A stretch of DNA of 60,000 bases from Felis catus (GCF_018350175.1 NC_058368.1:116376001-116436000), one strand, 5' to 3'. Shown: positions 12,710-26,499, counted from the stretch's first letter. The notes: generated by a model not told the origin, from the letters alone. Made by a program: numbers and translations.

Positions 12710-13619
12710 TTGTTTTTTATTACATTGATTTTCTCTGTAGTTTTGACCATAGCTTTTAAGGGTTTTTAATATATTAATAAAAATTGAAGCCCTTTTGCAC
12801 TGATGAGGAAATTCGGCACTTTGAATATGTCATAATGGTGTATCACTAATTTTCATCCCTAACCATGAAGTAGGCTGTCTGACTCTTTTTGCTTTCCTTG
12901 GATTGTATTTTGCCAGCCAAAGAATCTTTTTCAAGCATTTTTTTAGAATAGTTGAAACTGAGTGTTTTGAACATAGATATGTTAACACTCTCCAGTTCTC
13001 AATCTCTTTGAAATGATATTTGATATGGAGTTCATCAAAAGAAAAAGTTTTGAAGAATTAATTTGTTACCTATATTAAATATGAATAGAAATGTGAACCA
13101 GTTCCTCTTTCATAATTTTTTTTTATTTAAGCAATATGTTGTGTGTCCTTCTAGACATTTCTATACCCTCCAAGCATATATAGAGTCCACGTATGTGAGC
13201 TATAGGTCTTTTTTTATATGAACAGATTTGTTATCACATAGACTGTTCTGTAACTTTTTTCTTAAAATATTTTTCTCTGGTGGTTCCTACAGATTTCTCA
13301 TTCTTTTTCACAGATACCCAGTGTTCTATATAATTTATCGACCATGTATTTATTCATAAACTTCTGGGTTATTACAGTTTTTTAATTATTGTAAGTAGTG
13401 CTACACTAAATACTGTTAAACATATTTACGTATCTTCGCTGCTTTTGTGAATGTATATATAGGGATAAATCACTAGAAATGAAATTACTGGTTATCAGAG
13501 GGTCCACATCTAAGATTTTGATAGCTGCTGCCAAATTGTTAAAAAATGCTGAACCAGTCTATATCTCTGTTAACAGTTGAAATCTGATTCTCCACATTCT
13601 TATAAACATGAATTCGAGT

Positions 13620-13760
13620 TCTTTGTTTCTTCCTTCCTTCTTTCCTTCCTTCCTTTCCTCTCTTTCTTCCCTTCCCCTTTCTTCCCTTCCCCTTTCTTTT
13701 CTTCTTCCCTTTTCTTCTTCCCTTTTCTTTTCTTTCTTTCTTGCTTGCTTGCTTGCTTGA
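13620..13760. repeat. Polypyrimidine low-complexity tract (CCTT/CTTT/CTTG)
   Basis: Directly visible. Confidence 0.9.
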
Positions 13761-14017
13761 TGGTTTAATTTTCTAATCTCTGATCATAACCCCCATGTTT
13801 ATTTTATCTAAAAAAATCTTTTTGTGTTCCAAGTAGCCCTATGAGCTGCTCATTAATTGCTCCCAAAGCTTTTGTGAACTGTTGAAGCCTGGTATAAAGT
13901 TACTTTCTGAAAAACTATTCAGACATCATCTACAAATGCAAATTTTGAAATAGTTTGTTAATTTCTTTAACAAAATGATTTTTTTAAAAACTCAAATATT
14001 CAGACAATATTGACTCC

Positions 14018-14059
14018 ATTTTTCTTTTTTTTTTTTTTTTAAGTTTATATATTTATTTT

Positions 14060-14115
<56 letters not shown>

Positions 14116-14260
14116 GGGGCAGGTGCAGAGAGAGAGGGAGAGAGAATCCCATGCTATCAGCATGGAGCCTGACTTGGGGCTTGAACTCGTGAGCTGTGAA
14201 ATCATGACCTGAGCTGAAATCAAGAGTCGGATGCTTAACTGACTGAGCCACCCAGGCACC
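14018..14260 (-). mobile_element. CAN-SINE with long (AG)n
   Basis: Flanked by ttgactccatt direct repeat. Confidence 0.92.
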
Positions 14261-16169
14261 ACTTGACTCCATTCTAAAAGAGGAAAATAATGTATCTTCT
14301 ACCATAGGATTTGCATGAGTTATTTTATTTTTGCATTGTCATAGTTTTATAACATTTATATTTACAATCCATTTTATGACCCAGTTTCTCATAGTTGTTT
14401 AACTGTATGTTTAGAGGATTTAGTGTTTGCCTTACTACTTTTTCATAGCATGTAGCTTCTTAATTCCTGAGTTCCTAATCTTGACTCACCTTTTGGCTAG
14501 CTGATACTGGTACTTTGATTTGAAATTACTCTCTTCCCCCTCAAAAAAGGAGTTTACAGGTACTTGCATTTTTAAGACTACTGTATGTTGTATTTATAAA
14601 TGAATGTAGCCATATAGCAAATTATTGAACTGCTGCTTTTTTCTCCTCAAAATTTTAAGCCCTCTATTCTCTCTTCTGGTACTGAATATTTCCAAAGCTT
14701 GCTAGAATATTCCCTATTATATGTAAGTAAACTTTCTTCTGCCTGGATTATCATAAGAGTCTTTCATTGTACTTTTAAACCTCTGTGACTTCATCAGAAT
14801 ATGTCTTGGTGTTTATTATTTTATAGTAGTTTTTTCCTGGAAATTAGTGAGTGCTTTCTGTCTGAAGATTTTGGGTCATTCCCTCAGGTCTTCCCCTCTT
14901 CCCCCTCCTTCAGTTTTCTTCTGTTATATCCTTCTATGCTCCTTTTTCTATTCTGTTTTCTTCTGGGATATTTATTTGTATAATGGATCTTTCTTGTTCT
15001 TATTATCTTTGTGGCCAATTCATTTCTTTCTTCTTTTCTTTTGCGTTGTTTCTTTCTTAAGCCCATCCTCCGGGTCACTTTTTTTCTTGTGCTTCTATGT
15101 GGTTTTCATGGTTTCATTATTTCATTATTACTTAGTTTCTTTGGTTCTTCCAACTTACTTTTAAATCTCTTGCTGCTGTATCATTTTGTTCAAGTTTTTT
15201 AAGAGTTCAGGTTCTCTTTATTTGGAAGTATAGGGATTATTTGGCTAAAATTTTATTGTTTGCATTTTTGTGAGAATTTCTCAATAGGTTCTCTGTTGGA
15301 TACTTTGTACTTATTATTTATATTTGAGTGAGGCTTGCTATTTGTTGAAAATCATATGACATTGAAGGAGGGAGAGAAAGTGAGCCTTAAGAGTCAGCTT
15401 CTTCAAGTCCTGTAGTTGTCTCAGCATACTTTCTCACCACATCTCTACCATAGGAGCACACATCCCCTTAGGTAAGCCTACCACCCAAGTAAGAGGCAGA
15501 GGTGACTTAAGAAGTAAAGCTTTCTTTAGGCCATGTTTCTTTCATTTGGAGACTTAGTTAACCCTGGTTGTTGACTGCAAGGCTTATTACACTTTCTTCT
15601 ATTGTATCCCTGTCTTACCTTTAAGTACTTTCTCTCTGTCATGAGTCTAGATCAAGAGAAAATAGGTCTGTTCCATCTCTCAAGTCCTTTGGAGGTTCCT
15701 GTTTTAGTTGAAAAGTGTGAGCACCAAATGCATTTATAATTGGAGAGAAAGCTATGTAACTATTTAGTCATCTTCTAGTATTTTCCTTACTTTTTCTCCC
15801 AACTTTTGATATTCCCAAATCATTTGATTTAATTATTCTCCTTGGTTAGATACTAAGACACTGCTTTTGATTCTGTGGCTCTAGTTGTATTTGAGGACAA
15901 AGGCACAAGTTCAAGAAATTCAGCAGAATTATATCTGCATGTGTTAAAGTTTATATTAAAGTTATTTTGTAGAGAACCACATCATACCCTTAAAATAAAA
16001 TCATAGTCGGCTTCTGAGATTATGGTCTCTGTAGATGAGACTCCTTTTAGTTGAAGATCCTGAGTTTACAAAACCCAGCACCTGAAATACCAGTCACAAG
16101 GTCTTCATGGCCAAATGTGATTTTCATTTTTGGAATAAGATCCGTGAGTTCTTCTTTTTCCTTTCACAG

Positions 16170-16271
16170 GACAAGCAGGAGGACATGAAGACTATTTTGG
16201 AGGGCATAGATCCGGCCAAGCATCAGGTGAGGGAGGCCTTTGATGCTTGTAAGCTACTACATAAAGAATAG
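16170..16271 (+). CDS. ANKHD1: ANKHD1 alternative exon: terminal exon of short isoforms, or 57-nt cassette (16170-16226)
   Basis: Strong acceptor ttcttctttttcctttcacag; phase 0 reads DKQEDMKTILEGIDPAKHQVREAFDACKLLHKE*; internal donor CAG|gtgagg at 16227; AATAAA at 16382. Matches my recollection of the C-terminus of short human ANKHD1 isoforms. Confidence 0.9.
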   Translation, partial: DKQEDMKTILEGIDPAKHQVREAFDACKLLHKE

Positions 16272-16381
16272 ATGTTATAGGTAACCAGAACTCTGGATAT
16301 CTGAATTCCAGCCAAGAAGTTCCAGGACCTTGCTGGGTGACAAAAGAAATCCTCTTCAATTGAAAAAGATTATGAAGTTCC

Positions 16382-16387
16382 AATAAA
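16382..16387 (+). terminator. Polyadenylation signal of short ANKHD1 isoforms
   Basis: AATAAA 110 nt after the TAG of the alternative terminal exon, followed by GT/T-rich sequence. Confidence 0.7.
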
Positions 16388-17261
16388 AAGAGTTTTATGT
16401 TACTAGTAGTTTGCTTCCTTAGTATTCTTTTTATGTGGTATTCCTAAGAAATCTTAGGTGAAAATAGATTTTCTTATTCAGATACTTCTTTTGCGTTCTT
16501 CCTTACTGGGACATTTAACATACTCCAGAGAGAAAGTCTCAGTTACCAAATCCTTTGCTTTCAACTTTTTTCATCAAAAATTCAAAACTCAGATAGATGC
16601 AGGGAGATATGTTAGACTTTTTTATATAATCCTCAAACAAACAAAAAAATTAGTTTAGTGAAACATTGACTCTATTATTCATGCCGTTAATTTCTATAAA
16701 GTTAAAATTATTTTCATAAAATTGTCCCCTGTAATATCATTCTGAAATTGGTTTTTAAGAAGGTGAATGTGTAAGCAAACTTTTCTTTTGAGAAAATGTG
16801 TTAAATTTGTACTGATGATTTTAAGCAAATTTAGTATCCATTTTAATGCAGAGAGATTTGTTTAAACTAAGGAGCAGTGCTTAATTTTAAAATTCAGAAT
16901 AAATTGTGATTGTATCACAATTAGCTTAGACCTTCTAAAATAAACTTCCTAGTATCAAGCTGCTCTTAGTCACAATGCTTATTAAACATCTTCATTATTG
17001 GCTTATTGAGTACGAAGTTGTTATATTCATTCTATTTTGAAAAAAGTAAATATATTTCACAGAATATTATGTGAAAATACGAATTTTAGTTGTATACTAT
17101 CTTAGGCTCCGATCAAGAATGTAAAGCTAAGTGTTATTTCAGATGAAGTATTTCTTTCTCCCTAGATTTATTATAGGAAATCTGATTATAAGTCTCTCTC
17201 TCTGGCTGTAAGTCTCAAAACTTGAGATACTTTTTTTGTAAAATGAGGTTTGTGGCCCCCC

Positions 17262-17378
17262 TTTTAGAAGTTGAAAGTTAGAAGATCCGAAATGGGGAAT
17301 CTGCATTATAAATGATATCCCAGGAGATTCTGATGACAAGTTTTCCATATTCCACACTTTGAGACATTGCTAGAGTCC
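17262..17378. mobile_element. MER5-like hAT-Charlie MITE fragment
   Basis: ggaatctgcatt...cccaggagattctgatg...ccacactttgaga motif, recalled from MER5A. Confidence 0.55.
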
Positions 17379-18999
17379 ATAGATTATTCTGTATCACTGC
17401 TGAGTTCTGTTCCTTTTCCATCTTGGCTTTATAATCCATCCTTCTTCCTCCATCCAAACTGAGAAGTTTGGTTTTTCTCTTTGTTATTTGTGATTTTTAG
17501 AAACTGAGCTAAACACAAGCCCTAGACTAGTGCCTCAATCTTTTTTGCATTTCATGTTCTCCTGAGGGATGTGAATAAGATAAGTAACAGCACATCACTC
17601 AGGTAATAATTAAAATAACAGTGGTGGATTGAAAGAACATACCCCCCAGGGAAGTCCATCAGAATCCTCTAGTACATATATGGTATAAAACAGTCTCCCT
17701 CACTTCCCTGTGATTCTGGTCCTTCCCTTGACAGTGTCCTCCTCCAACTCCAAGAAGTGCTGCCTCTGTGATATAATTACAATCCTTAGATGTATACCTT
17801 GGATATCCATGGCTGTGAGTTTAAAGGAAATCACTTATTTACAAAAATAATAAAGTTTATTTTCAATTAAATTTTGTTATCTAAGCCCAAATGGGAAAGA
17901 AAAAAAAAAAAAAAACTACGCCTTTTTTCTCCTAGTGCTTATTCATCAGAACCAGAACTTTGCAGTGTATTTTTCACGGATAAGATTTTAGGGGACTTAT
18001 CAGTTCTAATTATTCATTTATCAGTATATTTCAACCATGAGTGATTAGCTACCTTAATTAACTTTAAATATGACCTCCCACTTTTTAACTATTAACTTTT
18101 TATTAAAGAATAACGTATACATATTTTTTTAGTTTAACTGTTGAAAGCTGGAAAACTTTTACCTATTTTTTTTCTTGGTCTAAAACTATTTGTGAAATAC
18201 ACAAAACTCCTAATACATTTTTTTAAAGGCCAAGTTCTCTCTGTCTAGGTTATTGTGTGTTTAATGAGTCCTTTTCAGCTATTTCAAACTTGTTTAAATA
18301 TAGGTACAAATGACTTCCAGTCAAGAAGGTAAAGTCAGTGTTGGTCTGTTTTGAAACCTCTCTGCTCTCTGTCGTTTTCAAGTCCATAGATACAAGTAAA
18401 ATATGGGAGCTATATTAGACTAAAAATATGTAGCTATATTAGAAACAAGATTTTAAAAGTCTGGAGTCTGGACTAGAAATGGATCATGGCCCCACAGCTG
18501 AAGCTGTAGGCCCGAGGAGAATTAAGAGTAAAAAAACCAAAACAAAACGGGGTGGGAGGGGTTGGGGACTGGCATGTCAGTTTCTGTAGGGACATAGGGA
18601 CCGAATGCATAATAGACAGAGAGGCCAGCAGATCTACTCTGCTAGATTGAAGCAAGGAACTGGACCTTATTGCCCTACCTATGAACAAAGATGGAAAAAA
18701 AAAAATAAACCCTCCAAGCAACTGCCATTGGTTGCGATTAGAAATTATCTACTTGTTCTTGGTAGAATGAAGATGCAAACATAACACTCTAAATAAGAAC
18801 TGGGAGGCCACTGGTTTTTGATTTAGTGAGCAGAACTGAAATTACTCCATAAGACTGGAAATTTAAGTTGCCAATGAAAGATCTACTTTTGAAATGGACT
18901 TTAAGGACCAGATTCAGGCAAGTTTCAAACCATCTGATGAGAAGGGATAAACCTGTGGATGGAAATAAAAGAAACAACTCCCACGCAAAATGAGCCTTT

Positions 19000-21760
19000 C
19001 AAACAAAAAAATTACGGCGTTCAAGACCAAATCTACATCAAGAGATAGTCAAAATGCAAACAAACAAAAAGTTAGCAAAGCAGCAGAATACAAGCCCAGG
19101 CAATTGAAAGAAAAGACTTTAAACATGCTTATTTTAAGCTATAACCAATAGCCATAAAACAATGTGAGAAAATGAAATGAAAGACAGTAATTATGAATTA
19201 ACAGACAGGTATGAAATAAAAAATTTAAACTTTGGGGAGAAAGTTGTGGAAATAAAAATTCAACATATGTTAAGTAGTATATTGGACATGCTGAATAAAA
19301 AAAATGAGTGAATCAGATGACAAAACAAATAACAAGATATAGCATAAAGATAAAGAAATGGGAAATATGAAAGAGAAACTGAGAGAAAGGGTAGATTGAG
19401 ACGCTCTACCACACATCTCTTTGAAGTTCCTGAATGAGAGGATAGAGATGCAAACAAAGCAGAGGCAATGTTTGAAGAACTAATGGTAGAGAATCTTCTG
19501 GAATTGAAGTTAGACATGAATCCTTGGTTGAAAAATTAATCACTAAGCAGAACAAATGAAGCTGTAGAATTTGAAAGATAAAGAACAGTATCTTAAAAGC
19601 TACTAGAGGAAAAAAAAATGCGTTACTTCAAAGGAACAACGATCAAACTTTGACAGCAGACTCTCATCAACAGTAATAATCACAGAAGACAATGGGAAGT
19701 AATATCCTCCACATACCAAGAAAAAAAAATAGAGTTCTGTATTCAGCCACTATTCCAGAGAAGGAAAAATAAGCTTATTTTAAGATCTACAAAGAATAAA
19801 AGAGCTTATCACCTCAGATCCTTGCCAAAAGAACTACTAAAAGATATGTACATCAATAAGGAGAGAAATATATCCTGGAGGAAGGCGTGGGATGCAAGAA
19901 GCTACGGTAAGCAAAGAAATTAGTGAAACATATTATAAATAAAAATTTATAAATACAAAACCCAAATTTTTATGCTTAAAACCAAAGTAATACTAAAATT
20001 CTAGGCAGCAATAGCATGAAATTCAGAAGGATGTGTTAGAAGGTGGAAAGGCCACACTAGAGCCCCTGTGTTGTTCAAGAGAAGAGGATCAGGTACTGAA
20101 AAACTTGACTTTTTTTTTTTAAAAAAACATATCAGTAATCAGAACAAATGTAAACCTATTGGACACAGCTGTTAAAGGCAGAGATTTTGAATTAGATGAA
20201 TAATACCAAAATCTAGCAAATTCTGTTTTCGGGGGATAAATCTAAAGACAGTGATAGAGAAAGGTAGACAAAGTGATGGAAAAAGTATGTAAGGCAGTAT
20301 TAATACCAGATGAAGTAGAATTTTAAGTAAAAAGCATTTTTAGAGATAAATGCTCCCAACTGATCATAACAATCAGTTACTAATCAGTAACTAACGATCT
20401 TCTCTCTAAGTAAAATAGAAAATTACAAAGTTACAAGAAAAATAAGTCTACATTTGTGGTGATAGGATTTTTTCCATACTCTTCTGTATGAAACTGATCA
20501 AATAGACAAAACAATTGTTAAGAATAGAAAACTCAAGTTTTCTTTTTTTTAATAGTTTTTTTTTTTTTTTTTTTTTTTAATTAGAGTGAGAGAGAGGGTG
20601 GAAGAGGAGCAGCTGGAGAGAGAGAGAGATTGAGAGAGAGGGAGAGAGAGAGAATTTTAAGTAGGCTCCACACTCAGTGTAGAGCCTGACATGGGGCTTG
20701 ATCTCATGACCCTGGGATCATAACCTGAGCCAAACCAAGATTCAAACACTCAACTGACAGCCACCCAGGTGCCCCAAATTTGGTCTTGTAAATAAAGAGC
20801 TAACATTGTTTCCACTATATATGCTATATATTCTTTAACAACACATGGAACACGTATAAAAATTGTCCATGTTTTATGCCACAAAAAGTCTTTAAAACAA
20901 ACTTACTAGTCATATGGGCTACATTTCTTTGGTCTCTATTGCTTTAAAATTACAAATCAACAATAAAAACTTTTTTAAAATCCCATACACCTGTAAAATT
21001 AAGAAAGATACTTTTACATAGTGCATGGGTTAGAGACAATCACAGTTATAATCATAGTAAAAATTACAAAGAAGTTATCACAAAAACTACACATCAAAAC
21101 TTAGGTAAGAGGATACAGCTAACGTGGTCCTTAGAAGGAAATTTTTTATATTATATAAAATGAAAGTAAATGAGGCTAATAAAAAAACAACAGGATAAAC
21201 AAGAAAGGAATAAAGATAAAAGCAAAATTTATAGAATAGAAGACAACAAAAAATAGGGATAAAAAAGGAAAAATAGGGAAAAAAAGCAAAATTAAAAGCT
21301 GATTTAACAACAAAACACAACTACTGAAATAGATAAAATAAGGCAGACTATTTTTTTTTTAAGGGGGAAAGGCACAGGTAAATGATAGAAATTTAAAGGT
21401 AGTTATAACTATATGATACATTAGAGATCTTTAAAATGTATAAGGCAGTCAGTCATATGAACAGTGAATAAGTTTGAATGCTGACATGAGATAAGTACTG
21501 ATTTTTTTCTGTGAGTATGTAAATTATCAAAATTGACTCATGAACAGGAAACCTCAATAGAACAATAAGTGTTACACATTGAATTCAGTAGTTTAAAATC
21601 TAATCCAATGAAGGTAAGAAACCAGATGGATTTATAGGTGAGTTTTACCAAATGTTCAAGGAACAAATGAACTCTTTATTATTCTAGCTATTCCCCAAAA
21701 CAGAGAAAGAAGCAATATTACAATGTCAATATTACGTTTATAACCTTGGAAAATAATTTT
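19000..21760 (+). mobile_element. Ancient degenerate L1 (ORF1/ORF2 remnants) with an antisense CAN-SINE at about 20540-20775
   Basis: Strong A-rich strand bias and L1-like motifs (gacagcagactctcatcaaca, gaagacaatgg, ccagatggatttataggtgagttttaccaaatgttcaaggaac); no intact ORF. Confidence 0.75.
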
Positions 21761-21904
21761 CTGTGTTTATGAAGGAAAAATAATCATAATTTATATGTTA
21801 AAGTTTGATTGATCTTGAACAAATATTGGCTGTGCTAACAAACCCAACATTCATAAGTAAGTAGTATATATTACTTTGATTCCTATTTTGGAGGGGGGCA
21901 AAGA

Positions 21905-22318
21905 CTTTTTTTAAGTTTATCTATTTTGAGAGAAGCAGAGTGTGAGTGGGGGAGGGGCAGAGAAAGAGGGAGAATTTCAAGTAGGCTCCATGCTGTCAGC
22001 ACAGAGCCCACACAGGAAACAGAGAACATGACTTGAGCCAAAATCAAGAGTAGGATGCTTAACCGTCTGAGCTACCCAGATACCCCGATTCCTATTCTAT
22101 TTTTATTATTATTATTATTTTAAGTTTATCTTAAAATAAAGTTTATCTTTTGAGAGAGGGCATGAGTAGGGTAGTGACAGAGAGAGAGAACCCAAGGCAG
22201 GCTCCCCACCATCAGCACACAGCCCAATGGGAGGCTAGAACTCTCAAACTCTGAGATCATGACCTAAGCTGAAATCAAGAATCGGGTGCTTAACCAATTG
22301 AACCACTGAGGTGCTCCC
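21905..22318 (-). mobile_element. Two tandem CAN-SINEs
   Basis: About 21905-22086 and 22098-22318; attcctatt repeated at all three junctions. Confidence 0.88.
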
Positions 22319-23209
22319 TGCCCCATTCCTATTTTAAAAGAAAGATTTAATGGTCAGACGTTTTGGGGCAAATGATATATGTTGTGGGATTTACAGTATT
22401 GATTTTAGATGTGAAATATTATAATGCCTTATAAAGTTGGGGCATTGTTTTATCAACCATTTTCTCAAACATAATAATGTTTCTCAAAACCAAAAAGTGC
22501 ATGTATATGTCTTTATAGGGAGGAAAATAAAACAGGCATCTTTTCACACCTTTCATTTCAGAAATTTGGTTAGTATGTTGAATTTTGGAATTTGACTTGG
22601 GGTGAGGATCTTGGGACTGTACTTTTGTGATTTCTTATCCTTTAACAGCTGTAGTAATGTTTGATATATGCAGACCTAACAGTTATTTTAAAAGTTTATT
22701 TTAAAGGAGGGCTTTCAAAGTCTTTTGTCTTTGCCATTATTCACAGGACCTTGTTATGCTGATGGGTGTCATTGCTAGGTTTAAGAGATAAGAAAGAAAA
22801 AAAAAAAAAAGGAAAAGTGATGTTGTTATTGCCCACCCATGTTCTAGTAACAATGTATTATCAAATGCAGATAATGAATGTCTTACTCTGAGTTTAGCTA
22901 CTACTCTTAATTTCTTGTCAAATTAACTTTTCTTTCTCTTATTTACCTAGTAGAAAATTAAAACTTCAAACCTCAGTACTATGAAAGGGAAGATTTGAGA
23001 GGTCAGTTACACTTAGGTTCCTTCTCGGTAAACCTTATTGAAACACGTCATTGTTTTAGACATTAGGTATATAATGGTAAGCAAAAATGGATGTGATTAC
23101 TATGCTCATGGAGCTTACAATTTAGTGGCAGAGACTTGTTAGCCAAATAGTTATACAAACTAATATATGATTGAAAGATGAAGGAGCGGTTCATATAGCT
23201 ACGTCCATA

Positions 23210-23967
23210 CAGATGGTCCCCGATTTATAATGGTTCACCTAGGATTTTTCGACTTTACAGTGATGCAATTGCAATATGCAATAAGCAGTAGGCATTCAGT
23301 AGAAAGCATTCGAATTTTGAATTTTGACCTATTTCTGGGCTGGCATTATTTGGTAAGATACTCTTAAAATGCTGGGAAGCAGCAGTGAGCAGCAGCTCCA
23401 GTGAGCCACGTGGTGTCAAGGATCTCAGGGATAAACAACCAATGCACTCACAACCATTCTGTTCTATACATAGAACCATTTTCACTTTCAGTACAGTATT
23501 CAATAAGTTTCATAAGATATTAAGTACTTTATGATGAAGAAGGCTTTGTTCTTGGTGATTTTTTCCAACTGTGGGCTAACACAAATGTTCTGAGCATGTT
23601 TAAGGTAGGCTTAGCTAAGCTATAATGTTTAATAGGTTAGGTGTGTTAAATGCATTTTCTTATTTATTTGTTTATTTATTTATTTAGAGGACGCAAGTGA
23701 GTGAGTAGCAGAGAGAGAATCTCACGAGGGGCAGAGAGAGAGAGAGAAGCAGGGCTCACCCAAAGTGGGACTCGTGCTCACCCGATACAGGGCTCGTGCT
23801 CATCCGATGCGGGACTCGAACTCACAAACTGTGAGATCATGAACTGAGCCGAAGTCAGATGCTTAACCAACTGAGCCACCCAGGAGCCCCTAAGTGCATT
23901 TTCAATTTAAGACATTTTCAACTTAAAATGGGTTTATCTGTACATAACAATCAAGAAGTCGAAACAT
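23210..23967. mobile_element. TcMar-Tigger DNA transposon remnant (MER47/Tigger5-like) interrupted by a SINE
   Basis: Starts ta|cagatggtccccgatttataatgg and ends ...atgggtttatctgtacataac...aagtcga, resembling the recalled MER47B consensus. Confidence 0.75.
23657..23890 (-). mobile_element. CAN-SINE variant with internal tandem unit
   Basis: TSD taa[a/g]tgcattttc; repeated gggctcgtgctcacccgat-like unit. Confidence 0.88.
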
Positions 23968-24178
23968 TAATTTTTATTAGAGGCTGAGAGATTCTACACT
24001 ATCAAGATAAAAATATTAAAATCTCTTTTAGACTGTAATTTCCATCACTGCAGACCAGTTTGAAGTTTCCATTAGGTTGACAATCTACTTATTTCTCGTT
24101 GTTAGTTTGCCCATGTTGTAGATTAGGTATAGTTATATAAACTGACTAAACTGCATCCTATTGGCAAAGCACACTAAG

Positions 24179-24391
24179 TTTTTTGGTTCATTTATTTTGA
24201 GAGAGAGAGCATGTGTGCACATGCGAGTAGGGGAGGGGCAGAGACAGAGGTAGAGAGAGAATCCCAAGCTGGCTCCATGCTCAGCACAGCGCCCGAAGAG
24301 GGGCTTCATCTCACAAGTGTGAGATCATGACCTGCGCTGAAATCAAGAATTGGATTGGATGTTTAACCGAATGAACCACCTAAGGCGCTCC
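24179..24391 (-). mobile_element. CAN-SINE
   Basis: Flanked by agcacacta direct repeat. Confidence 0.88.
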
Positions 24392-25321
24392 AGAGCACAC
24401 TATTTTTAAGTTGACTGTGTGGTAGCTAAAGGATTCTGAGTTAACTAGAATAGAGCTGAAGTAAAGCTTGAGTTAATTACTGTTCTTTATCAAGTTTTTC
24501 TTAGTAGCAAAAGAGGACCAGAACAACAGAAGTTAATGCTTGCATAGATAATGAAAGAGGGGATAGGTGAGTGAACTTTTCATGGAAGCAGTTTATCAGC
24601 TACATTTTCATACTGAGATGAATATAGTAAGAGTTTACAGTTCTTCCAGCAGGACTGCTTACTACATAATATAAGCAAGCTCCTTTTAGTGGCATTTGAT
24701 ATTTGGATGGTTGGAAGCTGTTTTATCGTTCACTTCTCTTGCTGGCAAACTTCCTAAAAGGAACAGCAATCTTTCTGCTATTATAAAACTGTTGTTTTTG
24801 CCTTTCACTACTTACATATTTAATTTCTAAAAAAATGTCTGCTCATTGGTATATTTTTCTTTTCCCTTTTTTCTTGAAATACCATAGTGTTTTACTTTAG
24901 GGACTGGTTTCTGCCCTTTGATAGAGTTCTTATTGGTTTCTAATCTGTTAGGATCACAATCTTCCTGCTCACCTGTATGACTAAGGTTCCTTTTTCATAA
25001 TTCATATGAATAGTTAGGAAAACATCTTTTTAGCCTTATGCTTAGAAAAATGCAGCTATTTCTCTTTGAGGATCAAACTGAACATAAGTATTATCTTTAA
25101 ATGCTGTTTGGTATGCAAAACTGAACTTGCCCTTAAAAAAGTTACACCATCTAGTGTGGACTGAAATTAATCCTACATTTTGTAGGAATTGAAATGGGTA
25201 GTATAAGTGGCTACATTGAGTAAGTATTAAATCTCTTATTTATCATGTCATTTGTACTAAGTGTTTAAAATAGATGGTTAATGAATTGGCACTGATGGAT
25301 TATTTTTTGTTTCTTTAATAG

Positions 25322-25409
25322 GAACATGAATCTGAAGGTGGAAGAACACCTTTGATGAAAGCTGCAAGAGCTGGTCATTTGTGCACTGTGCAGTTTCTTA
25401 TTAGCAAAG
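25322..25409 (+). CDS. ANKHD1: ANKHD1 coding exon, ankyrin repeat
   Basis: ttaatag| EHESEGGRTPLMKAARAGHLCTVQFLISK+G |gtaagg; 88 nt, phase 0 to 1. Confidence 0.97.
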
Positions 25410-25556
25410 GTAAGGAAAATATAAGTCATTTGTAAGAAGCTGTGATTTCTGGGAAAAAAAAATCCTTAACTGTTTGTTTGTTTGTTTATTTTTATTTATG
25501 TGAAAGCGACTTTTCCTACAGTACAAGCATTGTATTCTAGTCTTTTTAGAAAATAC

Positions 25557-25758
25557 TTCTTTAAGTTTATTTTTTGAGAGAGAGAGTGCACAAGTGGGGA
25601 GGGGCAGAGAGAGAGAGGGAGAGAGAGAGAGAAACCCAAGCAAGCTCCGCGCTGTCAGTGCAGAGCCTAGTGCGGGGCTTGAACCCACAACTGTGAGATC
25701 ATGACCTGAGCCGAAATCAAGAGCCAGACGCTTAACCGACTGAGCCAAGCAGGCACCT
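25557..25758 (-). mobile_element. CAN-SINE
   Basis: Antisense SINE consensus motifs. Confidence 0.9.
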
Positions 25759-26181
25759 CGTATTATCACCTTTTCTTGCTGTTTTTTATTTAGTAAGTGT
25801 AGAGTTCATGAGGTACTTATTGGGATTTTTCTTTATTAGTTTTGAGTTTGAAGTTCATCAACCAAGTAGCATATTATTGCTCCCAAAAGTTGGAAAAGCC
25901 AAATATAAAATATCCAGCTATATTTAATAGAGTATTGTTCAACAATTAATGATAAGGAAGTTTTGCTGGAAGGTTGGGTGGGGAGGGGTGGAAGAAAGTC
26001 CACTACTGTTGTTTACCATACACTTGAATTAACCAAGTATGCAAGGCTGTTATTTATTAATTTTATATTCCTCTAGAGATTATATTATTAAAATATATTC
26101 AAGCAAAGAAGTTCAAATGATGAGTGAAAAGGTAGTTCAAGACTGTTTATTATGAAAAAGTGAAACACTGCTAAAGCCATG

Positions 26182-26258
26182 TTAGGTTGAACCATATAAA
26201 ACTGTCGTTTTATATATCAAAAATGGTAATATCAGCAATTTCATTTGGTTCAGCCTAA
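26182..26258. mobile_element. Mariner-derived MITE (MADE2-like)
   Basis: 77 bp with terminal inverted repeats ttaggttgaacca...tggttcagcctaa. Confidence 0.75.
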
Positions 26259-26499
26259 CTCTGTGTATAGTGTTAAAGGTACTCTGGCATCTGATGAAAG
26301 ATCCTGGGATAGGATGCTAAAATGCAAGGAAGGTCTGCTCAGGTGATGTTATGTTTTGTGAAATAAAAATTTTAGATAAAAATAAAAATTTGATATCTAC
26401 ATTCCAGCAAAACTTGGGACATTTTGTGTTATTTAGAAAGCAGTATAAAATTTTATCATTTTAAATATACTTTTCTTCTTTAATTGGATACAACTAGGT

